This document shows positions 11,022 through 21,840 of a DNA stretch of 64,000 nt, one piece after another. A program made the position numbers and the translations under genes. The notes below the pieces were generated by a model, which did not search any database, was not told the DNA's origin, and worked only from the letters and a program-made list of their open reading frames with translations. Origin of the DNA: Takakia lepidozioides (Eukaryota; Plantae; Bryophyta); contig CM060731.1 of NCBI GenBank assembly GCA_030704615.1, positions 60,202,001 to 60,266,000 on the forward strand, in the 5' to 3' direction. Within the stretch, counting starts at the first letter, position 1. Each line of letters starts with the position of its first letter.

Positions 11022-11120
11022 CACTACAACAGATTGCGGCTTTTACGACTCTGTGTTATGACTGCAAATGCAGTTATGAAAGCCATTTACGACTTCATGA
11101 CTCTGCAGTCGTAAAACCCT
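11022..11120 (+). mobile_element. CACTA (En/Spm) transposon terminus with subterminal repeats
   Basis: CACTACAACAGA begins exactly where the PPR motif VFDT is cut. Direct and inverted TTACGACT/TTATGACT/AGTCGTAA subterminal motifs follow. The opposite end was not identified. Confidence 0.65.
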
Positions 11121-14100
11121 AGTCAGTTGTGGCATGGCAGATATGACTCGCCAGCCTGGCTGTGACGTGGCGCCTGAGAGCTGTGGGGGTCCTCTGCCCC
11201 AGGCTGTCTATTAAAAAAAAAAGCCCAAAAATAACAAACAATAAAAAGAGTAGCGTGTGTGTATTCAAGCTTTGTGTGGGGAAGGGGAGGGTTGCACCAG
11301 CCTGCCCTGCCCCGTAAGTAGTGTAGCAAGGAAGATTGTGGCTTGGCATTCAGCGAAAGCGAGGGAGTGAGAGAGAGAGAGAGAGAGGGTAGAGTTTCAA
11401 GTTCGGGGCTGGACCGGCGTTTTGAGAGTGCAGGCATGCCTTCCAGGGAAGTGTTCCGGATTTCAGAGAGGACTTGATGTTGTTATTGGTAGGGTCGGGG
11501 GTCAGTGGAGATAGTACATGTGTTTGTTGTAATTTGAAGTATCCAATCTCTGTGGTTACGGGAATGCAAATTTCAAAGGAGTAATTGACTCCAGAAGAGG
11601 CGGATCTATTAAATTTCGAAATCAAAGGGGAGAGCGAGAGTAAGCATGGAGGAGGCAGCATGATTTACGCATCGGGGTTGGAGGTATCAGTGGCCTGGTT
11701 ATCTCCCAGGGAGAAATAGGTTGCTCATCAACCATGCATTTGGTCATTTTGTCGCCATATCAAATAGAGCGGAGACCGCCTGATTTGTTCCCATCTGGAG
11801 ATCGTCGAAACCCTAGGTTTAGAAGCGACATTGATAAGTTGATACTACAGTTGTTGAGTTGGCAGAGATCAAAGTTGACAGGACAAGAATCAGAACTATC
11901 GAGTTACTGGAACATAAGCACACCTTCATGTGAATAGCCATTTCTGTAGAAGCCATGGAGACGTTGCAAGATTTGCTGGAAGAGGCGAAGCGAAGGACAA
12001 TTCTGGCGGGAATCTGTGTCGTCAGCCTCGCTTATCTGATGTCATGTACATCGTTTTAAACCTCACACCCAAAAATTTGTTTCCATTTGGCCTTTCTGTT
12101 GGTCACGAGTTTTCGTGGATATTGGTGGCATTGTTCAAGTCTAAAGTTCAGGCAAGTTTCCACTATTTCTCCTATAAAACAGTTTACTAAATTGTCAGAA
12201 TTTTAAAGATCACACGGACCTGGGAACTCAATTCATATTTATTTTACAATTTTAACGCCAATATGTAACCTCGGCCAGTCAATAAACTCTTCCTGTGACC
12301 TAGAGGAGTGTTAAACCTGAATGGTTTTGGAGGAGTGAATAATTGGAATACCTGCAATGCTTTTTGCATTCAACATCATGCTTTTTAGTGTGGTGTCAAT
12401 TCCAGCCTTGAATGAACATGAAATCCCTTTGTGAGCAGATTGTTGTCACTTGTGCACAAGTGCTATGGGAATTTGAAGCTGAGTTTCTTCACCCAGGTGT
12501 GTGTGGTCTCTATGGGATGTCCAGTATCCGGCAGAGGGAATCCACAGAAGCCATGTTCCAGAGACTAGCCACTGAGTACATCCATCCTGGCATTTCCCTT
12601 TGAGCTGACTCTTTCCCTTCTTTCAGCTGGGGGACCTCTCCTCCTGCTGCACCTGCTACTTGAACAAGTATCTCCGAGAGTTGGGGCTTGAAATTTGACA
12701 TTCTCCTTTTCTGTGTCCTTTCTGCAGTGACAAGCAGTTCAGTTTGGATCAACATACCTGTTGCTATTCTTGTAATTGCTGTAATGCGCCGCATTTCTTT
12801 TGAGATTGAAGTGCGATGGAGAGCTCCAGTCTATGAGGGCCCATCCCATCTGCACGGTCTACATCGCCGCCAGCTTGCTCCCAGTAACCGCCTTCTCTCG
12901 GCAACGACTAACATGGCCAAAAACAGGTGAAGTTGTGGGACTGTACAACATGTGGCTTCCTCTATGTGAGTAATAGACATGAATCTTCAATGCTTTGTGG
13001 TGCAGTTCACTTTCAAGGCTGCAGTATTTCATCCCTTCTTTGTGCACTCATCATATGTGCCTGTCAGAACAGGTGGCGCTGCGGCATTGATTCTCCAGTT
13101 GTTGAGGAAGCTGTGGATGAGCTGACAAGGTGTGTGGTTGATGAGTGGGTCACCAATCTCTGGTACGCATCTATCACCCCTGACCAGGATGTTCCCGAAG
13201 AGCTGCGGATCCTCATCAATGGTGTGATTGCTGAAGTCTCACAGCGGGCCAAGCGGGTGAACCTTATCACACTTCTTTCCAGGTATGGTGGGTGGACCTT
13301 TTCAATTGGTTACCATTCAATTGGAAGTGTGGAGTCTCCTCTGCAGGACAACTAGTCTGCTACATACAAGTAGCTCATCGCTCATAATGCCCGTAGATGG
13401 AGGCCTCATCTGCAACTGAATCCTCTATAATTACAACTGCAGGAGATCAGAGTTTACCTCTTGCTGTGAAGATATAGTTTGTTGGTGGATGTCAGGACTT
13501 TTATTTCTTCATCCACCTGCACAGAGTGGGTCAAGATATGTGGTGTGGTTTGTATGAACTTTAACATCCAACTTCCGTTGGAACAATGCAGGGATATTGT
13601 TGACTTAGTAGGGAGCCATCTAGAGCTTTACCGCCGCATGCAGGAAAGGATCGGCCGCAATGTCTTAGGAACACTCTCTTCTGAAGAGAGGGATGAGAAG
13701 CTAAGAGAGGTGTTGATCTCTGGTCGGGAATTGCACCCTGCCCTCATCTCTCCTGATGCGGAACACAAGGTGAGGTGAATTTCTTGGATACTAATTTGCA
13801 CTGGAGCACGTTGACATTGCATGTTCTGGAGCCAATGTCAAGTGGCATCTAGGAACCTCCATGTTAAGGAGGAAAATGTATTCTTTATACCATGTTCTTT
13901 GGTATATATGGTTGATGGGGGAAGAGAAAGAAAGAAAAAAATGTCCCTTGTGGAAGTCATCCATCAACAGCACCCCAACTACCATACGTCCATCAACATC
14001 CTTTTGGATTTGCTCCCAATCGAAAGAGGAAGTGTGAACCTCTCTTCAGGTATTGCAGCAGCTTACAGCAGGCGTGGTCTCATTAGTGCGGAAGCCACAG

Positions 14101-14335
14101 GATGACAGTGTCAGTTGCTGAGCTTAGCACGAGAGCTGCTGGCATGTGCAGTGTTGCGACCTGTTCTCAACTTTGCCTGCCCTAGGTGGGTATGCTGCAC
14201 GACCTGTCTTAAGTCTTCTCTTGTTTTGAAAGTGCACAAATTGAGCACCTTGGCGTTTGTTTGACATGAAGAGCCCCACCATTTTGGTTTCCATGAGCTT
14301 TTTTGGGTATGTAAGTGATGGTTAGTAAAGTGTGG

Positions 14336-14494
14336 GGATATCTGGAAAACCCGGATTAATTCTATATATGAAGGTAAGTCTTACTACCAACGTCAGCCCC
14401 TGACAGAGGTAGGTTCTGTCCCTTTTGTTTCCGCTCAATCTGGGCGCGGGGTCAATGGCCACAAGGCTACGGCAAACAACGTCTTATGAGTACA
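14336..14494 (+). mobile_element. 5'-truncated 3' end of the EN-RT LINE family, in an intron
   Basis: Near-identical to 18121-18279, ending TTATGAGTACA. Confidence 0.9.
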
Positions 14495-14781
14495 GTCTAT
14501 TCAATCCATGTCGATATCTTTCCTCTGGAAAAATCATATTTCTGATGGATTTAGTTATACAGACTGAAGCCTGCTTGTCAAACCTAAATTGCGTCACGGT
14601 CATTATTGCTGTTGATTGCAGATTTATCAATGAGATATTGAGTCACTTGCTGTAGCTTCAGCAAAACAGAAGGCACAATGGGCCAACCAAGCACCTAATT
14701 CAGAAGCATCTGAATCTACAAGCACCAGATCACATGCCGTGGAGCGACTCCCTCCAAGATAGCCCTCTCTCTGCGGCCTCG

Positions 14782-17700
14782 GACTAATGATATTCATATC
14801 TGTGCTGGGCAAGAAACATGGGAAACGTCGGATAAACTGGTTGGAGATGTCAATGGTTATAAATGGGCAGGTAGGATGTGTACTCTCAAGGCAGCCTCTG
14901 CCAAACGCGGTCAAAAAGGGGTTGGATTCTTTGTCCGTGATTTCTTGTTTGATAATAGTGAAATTATCAACAAGGGTTTGAGGTACGAGCATAGTATCTG
15001 GCTAAAACTGAATCTGAAGGGCGGCATGAGTACGAAGGACCTATTTGTGGGTTGTGTTTACATGCCCACAGAGGGGACCCTTAGTGCTGATGCAGACCAA
15101 GCCTTCGAAGATGTAAAGCTGGACTGTGCTTCGTTCCTTGCCAAAGGTCAGGTAGTGCTATTGGGTGACTTCAATGCCCGGGTGGGCAAAGGGCTCCATC
15201 AGGACGATATCATTGGGCCTTTTGGTGAGGACGAGCTGAATTCTAATGGCAGACGGTTAATTAACTGTCTAGAAGAGCTTCAGCTTTTGACCTTGAATAA
15301 CAGGACAAGAGGTGACCAAGTGCAGTGGACTCGTGAGAAATCCCAAACTGGGGAACGTTCCATTGTGGACTATATCATAATGGACAAAAATTTGTTTCCC
15401 CAGTGTGCCAATGTGTTGATCGACAGAACTGATATTGGTACCTCTGACCACTTCCTGGTTTGGACTGAGATCAAAAGGTGTTTTCCCAACACTAAGAGAT
15501 CTGTGAAACGTTCGATTCGGAAGTGGCGCATAGAAAAATTCCATAGTGAGGAGGTCAAGGCTGAGTACGTCCAGGCCTTGCAAGAGGCTCTCCCTCATTT
15601 TGTCCAATCGCTCCAAGAACTTCAGTCTCGCTCTGACAACGCAAGAAATGAAGTCGAAAGAGCAGTGGACTCTTGGGAGAGTTTCGTTTCCTCCGTGGCT
15701 GACAAGATCATTGGGAGGAAACTAATTGTCTGCGGTAGAGCTGTTAATTGGTGGATCAATGAGATCAAACTCAAGATAGCTGAGAGACGAGCCCTTTATA
15801 AAGAGTGCTGCAACTTGAAAACCAACAGAGAATTGTGGGCGAGGTACTACCAGCTCCGTAGTACCTCGCCCACAATTCAATCAGCTTGTTAGGTCTATTA
15901 TACTGGGATAAGTTATACAGTGAAATAAACTCAAACCACCATGGTGGTAATGACAAGAAATTCTGGTTGGCCCTTCAACGTTTGTACAAGCCTAAAAACG
16001 GTCAGCAAGTACAAGCGCTGAAGACTACTAAAGGTGCAGTGGTGACTTCATCGGTTGACATTGTCAAAACCTTTGAAAATCACTACATTGTCCTTGGCAG
16101 AACTTCTAGGTCTAACAGTGAGGGGTCTTCTGCTGAATGGAGGGACACAGTTGGAAAAACTGTTCCTATGATTCAAAACAGCCCTGATGAACTGGATTCA
16201 ATGGCTTATAACGCTCCCATTAGTTCTTCTGAGATTGTGGAAGCAATTGAACATTTAAATGGATATAAAGCTGGTGGACCTGATGGTATTGTCAACGAGC
16301 TTATCAAGCACGGTGGCGATCCCATGATAGAGGCCCTAGTTCTCCTCTTTAACCTTATCTGGAAGACTGAAATGATCCCCTTTCGCTGGCGACAGGGGTC
16401 ATTGTCAATCTATACAAGAACCGGGGAACTACCGTGGCATCACGCTCCTCAATGCTGTTGGCAAGACATTCTGCAGAGTTATAAGTATTTGTCTCGAGGT
16501 TGATCTGGAGTCTAGAGGTTGTTTCCATGAAGGCCAAGCTGGCTTTCGGCGAAACAGGGGCTGTGTGGATCATATCTTCATTCTAAGCCAGATTATCCAG
16601 GGAAGGAAAAAAGAAGGGAAACCCACTTATGTTTTTTTCCTGGATGTCAAAAAGGCTTATGACACAGTGTGGAGAGATGGGCCTATGGTTCTGCCTCTGG
16701 TCTTGTGGGATCAAGGGAAAGATGTGGAGTGTTGTCCACAACTTGTATGCTCACACCAAAAGCTGTTTCACTGTTAACGGACAGAAGTCCAACTTCTTTG
16801 ACATAGACCAAGGTGTAGCTCAAGGATGTACTCTCTCCCCTCTGCTCTTCAATGTTTTTATCAATCACTCCTTGAGGATGTGGAAAGTGAGGGATTTGGG
16901 TTAAGGGTGGGTGATACCACCATACCAGCCCTTATGTTTGCGGATGACTTCGCAGGCATAGGGGGACTCCAACCAATCTCCAGGAGTTGATTGATTGCGC
17001 GAAGAGATACTTTGATCTTTGGGGGCTAGAGGCTAATGTCAGCAAATGTGCAGTGGTAGCATTCAACGACAGAGGAGAGGGAGAAAGTGATCTTAAGTGG
17101 CAGTGGGGTAGCCAAGAGATCCCGGTCCTCCCTTCCTACACTTACCTGGGCGTTGAGTTTTCCTCCAATTGTAATTGGGATGCACATATCCGGAAAGTTG
17201 TTCAAACTGGCAAGGGCAAAGCTCTGGGGCTCACTAAATTTTTCCACTGCAGAGGGGTCAACTCTGAGGTTAAGAAAACCATGCTTTGCCGCGTTATTAG
17301 ACCTGCCTTGGAGTACGGATCTGCTATATGGGTTGATAACTCCAACCAGGCTAAGTCTCTAGAATCCATTCAAGTGGGGGTGTTTAAGGAGTGTATGTCA
17401 GCATGCTCCAAAACAGCCAATGTGGCTGTTCGGGGTGAGTTTGGCATTCCGTCCTTAAGCTCCCGACGAGATGAATTCAAGGTCAGATGGTGGGGTCAGC
17501 TGCAACATATGCCCAACACCAGATATCCTAAGTTAATCGACTCTATATCTTGGAAACAGGATCGCCCTGTCAAACAGGCTAAGTCCTGGCAGAAGAGAGT
17601 AGAAGAGATTCTCAAGGACCTGGACCTGGATCCGCAAGTCTTGACCCTGCTGGATAAATCTGACTTAGAGGCTGTAGTGTCCGAAGCCATGTCTGTTGCC

Positions 17701-18280
17701 ATGAGATTGTCTGATGAAAATGAAGTTAGGCAGAAAACTTCCCTGAACTTGTTTCCAGTCAGTGACATGGGGGAGGACATCTTGGATGACCTCAAGGGTC
17801 TACCCACTCTCGGCACTAGACTGAAATTTAAACTCAGGGCAGGAAGCCTACCTTTGAACAGCAAACAGAAGCAGAGAGGAAAGGGAGAGTGCAATTGCCT
17901 GTTGTGTGGGCAATCTGAAGACAGTATTCATTTTCTGATACTGTCCGGGTTCTCTCACCAAAGAGACGCTCTCTTCAACTCTATCAAGGAATTGTGCCTG
18001 TACCCCTGTTTACCAACTTTGAAAGTCTCGAGGCTGAGCCAAAAGCCCAGGCCCTCCTGAGGCCTAGTTTGGGCAAATCACACACAGCAGTATTGATGCT
18101 TGTGTGAAGGGATTTCTGGAGGATATCTGGAAAACCCGGATTAATTCTTTATATGAAGGTAAGTCTTACTACCAACGTCAGCCCCTGACAGAGGTAGGTT
18201 CTGTCCCTTTTGTTCCCGCTCAAACTGGGCTCGGGGTCAATGGCCACAAGGCTATGGCAAACAACATCTTATGAGTACAA
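14782..18280 (+). mobile_element. Non-LTR retrotransposon (LINE, APE endonuclease + RT + C-terminal zinc motif; RTE/RTEX-like), frameshifted
   Basis: APE motifs GVGFFVR, GCVYMP, LLGDFNARVG, SIVDYII, SDHFLV. RT motifs KAGGPDGI, FLDVKKAYDTV, GVAQGCTLSPLLFNVF, LMFADD, YTYLGV. C-terminal LKFKLRAG...CLLCGQSEDSIHFL. 14-bp TSD TCTCT(G/C)CGGCCTCG at 14768-14781 and 18281-18294. Confidence 0.95.
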
Positions 18281-21200
18281 TCTCTCCGGCCTCGAATTGA
18301 TGGAATTAGGTGTACCAGAGTCTGCAGGGGGAGGTTCAGTTAGTGCTTTGCCATCCCAAAAAGTGAAGTAAAGCTTTCAGCTTCAGCAGGAGACGTGGGA
18401 CCCTCCATCAAATCTCAGGAAACTTGTATGGGAGGACCTTCTAATGCAATGGCCACACGAGAGGTGAGTGAGTGAGTGAGTGATCATTTTTGTTGATTTC
18501 TTCAATCTCCTGTTTCTAGAATGAAGGCACACTTGTCATGAATGGTATTGCTTTAAGGAGACTGTTGAAGAGAGATCTTTTTATCTGTGCAGATTCAGTC
18601 TGCAAAGGGCCGTGAACACATGGGCATTGAGGATCAGGAGGGGTGTCCGATCCCGCGTGGTGATTGGGCCCAAATGCTGGAAGCTGTGACACAGCGGAGA
18701 ACAGAAGCACTTGCACTGGAGCACCTTGATAACCTATGGGCAAAAGGTCGGAACTACAGGAAAAGAGACGTTCTTAAGGCTGCCACGATAGGAGTGACTG
18801 TCCAGCAGGCCACAGACTCCCCCTTGAATCCAGTCCAGGTTAATCCACCAGAGGCAAAAGTTGGGGTTAAAGTCGAGATGGAAGGAGCATCCAAAACAAC
18901 CGAGTTGGTAGAGCTTACAGACTCAAGCCCCCATCCTATTAACAAATCCAGTAGGACAGATGTCTCTGAAGCTAAACGAGACAGTAAAAGTGTCCACGAC
19001 CAGTATGGTGCGCTGTTGTTTGGAGAAGCAGAAGAGGGGGAGGAAGGATTACCGGGGATAGGATTTGCTGGGCTGGGGGCCCGGGTGACTACCAGTCCAA
19101 TGTCACATCCATTGGACACTCCAGATGACCTGCAGGTGGTGAGTAAGAGAAGCCTCGAGGCTGCAAATCGCAGTGGTCTTTCACTCGAGACTTTGGATGA
19201 CTTGCAGACCCTTAGTAGGAGCATCCAAGAGACTGTGGATGCCAGTGGGCATGTAGTAGATGCTTTGAATGACCCACAGAAACTGGGTATGACTGCCCAG
19301 CATAGATCTCGGAAGGCTGTTAGGTTGGTGTCGCACCGGCGGTCAAGGAGTACTGGGGATGGGCTGGAAAGCTGGCAAGAGCAATCTCGTCATCAGGAAG
19401 GCATGTTGACTTCGCTGAATGTGGGTGAAGGACCTTTGGCTGGAGCAGCACACCCTGCGTCCAACCTGCAGGTAAACAAGGAAAAAGGTTCTGTACTGAG
19501 AATGCCGGACAGGTGTCTCACGGACTGAAAGCGGCAACCCCTCAGCCAGCTTTTCATCCCACCTGCCTCCAACTAAACTATGTGGTCGGGTATGGCTGAG
19601 TGCTGCAGTTGTTCTACTTCACATCCAATCAAACAGTTGTTCTCATTCCTTTGGCACTATGGCTTAGTGGATAAGTTTGTGGTCCTACTAACCGTCCATT
19701 TGTTGAATTGGCTTCCATGCATCCTCCTGGCATTTTCCCTAGGCCCTTGGGAATGCCGGAGCTAAGCCACATAAAGGTTTCTGTCCTTAACGTATTTTAA
19801 AGCCTTCAACTTGGTTAACATAGTTCTACTCCCGTGCTTGCTACCCAGGAATCAGGCAAATACTGTTTGTGGGGCCTGCAGCCCTATTAGGTCTGAAGAT
19901 TGTAGACGCTTTTGGTAATGTGAGTAGTCTTGCATTAGATCATTTGTCTGCACAGCTGAAGAGCCTCTACTTTAATGTGAAAGCTTCAGGGTTCTGTACA
20001 GTGTCTCTGGATGCGTACGTGTTTCATGGATATCACAACTCATGAGCCATCCACCTCCCCGCCACCACCTCAGCTGGAAGTTCAATTTTGAGGCTTTCAG
20101 CACCCTCCCAAACACTTTGCCTGACCGACAGTGGGTTGGGAGAGAAAGCCTTTGCCGCCTAGGCCCCCAGCCGCCTATAGCCGAGACATGTTTTACTCCT
20201 TTCACAAGGCACCTGCCGAGCCTTAGGAATAAGAGGAAAAATCTTCCTCTCCCAACGTCCCTCCTTCACCCAATGCTTGAGTTCAAGTCACCTCTAATGT
20301 AAGGGCCAACGTTTTTTAACCCGGTGCCTAAATATTTGTTTTAGCAAAAGAGTGGCCAAAAAGCTTATCATCATCCAATAGGTTCACCAAGTTTGTTTGA
20401 TAAGGTGGTTTTAAGCCCCTCAACTCAATAAGTTCAATTAGTTTAATCAATGCTTTTCAGGCTATAACGGCCACCATGTACATCTATCCTATTTAAGCAA
20501 TTTTATAAATAAAAAATGCTGAAAAATAAAAGAAAATAAAAAAATTAGGAAAAATACCTCCCTATGGGAAATCATGTGAGAAATCTAATAAAGATACTTT
20601 GGCACCTAAAGATGCCTTTCGAAAACTGTGGGAACCCAACGAGAACCGAGGAACAATCGAGAATCGTTCCCAGCCGCGGGAATTGCTGCGGCTTTATAGA
20701 TGAATGAATCTCGCTAAGAGCTCATCCCTGCCACTACATTCGTTAGTCCAAAACATGCATGCATAAATAACAACTGGTGGGTCCAAGTCAGATTTCACCT
20801 CTTTATATTATTTGAAGGCGCTGGTGAGCTTTTTCTCCGTGGAAAAAGTCATCCTCTACCTTGGCCTCTGACACAAAGGCGCACTGTAGCCGAGTTTTTA
20901 GGACACAGTACTTTCTCTCATCCCTTGTCTCTCAAGGTCTCCCTTCTAGCTCACTGCTCACAGGTCCGCTTGGCTCTATCTGGAGTCATAAGAACGCTCC
21001 CCTCTAAGGCTGTGTCCTCTCAAAATCCTAGATTTTATCTACCACTGGCGCCTTAGATAATGGCTCATAACCCTTAGAGGGCTATAAATTGAATTTAATA
21101 GCTAAAAGTAAAAATACCTCCCTTTAAGGGCATTTGCAGACGCATTGTCCGCTGGGTAAAACGCCCCCGCCATGTGGGGGGGCGCAAATCCGCGCGTAGC

Positions 21201-21699
21201 GATCCAAGCGGTGGATCGTTGCGGTTAATGCCGGCGTCCGTCGGTTCGTCTCAGCTTTTGGTTATCCTACTGGTAAAGACCCGTCTTTTGCTCGCACTCT
21301 TAAGGCTTCAGGCCTCACGCTTGATCCACGTGGCTGATGTACTTGATCTCAATACGACTTAAGGTCAGCAATGGCCCCGCTCCCTGTAGGTCGTGGCCGG
21401 GCCACAGCTGGCTCTACACGCTTTTAGTAATCGAGTGCCTACTCTCGCCTCAGAATTGTCGTAATGAGGCCCAGGTGCAGAGGGGACAGGACTTGACAGC
21501 GGCCCGTTACATTAAAAGGATCCCCATTCCCTTGTTTCTCTTATATATTGAAAAAACGTTGGAAAATTGGCATGGCAGAGGTTGTGGTCTGGTGGTAGGT
21601 CGATGGCGATGTGGCGAAGTAAGCCTCGAGATCCATTCCTCGAACGTAGTTCCAATGGTTGGCGCTAACTGTAACGACCTCCACGGAGGTGGTATGCAA

Positions 21700-21840
21700 T
21701 AACTCTCATGCAGGTAGTTCAGTTTGGTTTTGCAACTACCTTCATGTAGAAAATCCTAAAACTACTACCTGCATGGAGGTAGTTGTAAAATTCATATGCC
21801 AAAAAAATTCTAAGTCCTTGACACATGAAGGTAGTTTGCT
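21700..21840. repeat. Cluster of short direct and inverted repeats (GGTAGTT/ACTACC), probably transposon subterminal sequence
   Basis: CATGCAGGTAGTT...AACTACCTTCATG, ACTACCTGCATGGAGGTAGT and CATGAAGGTAGTT all lie within 140 bp. Confidence 0.55.
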
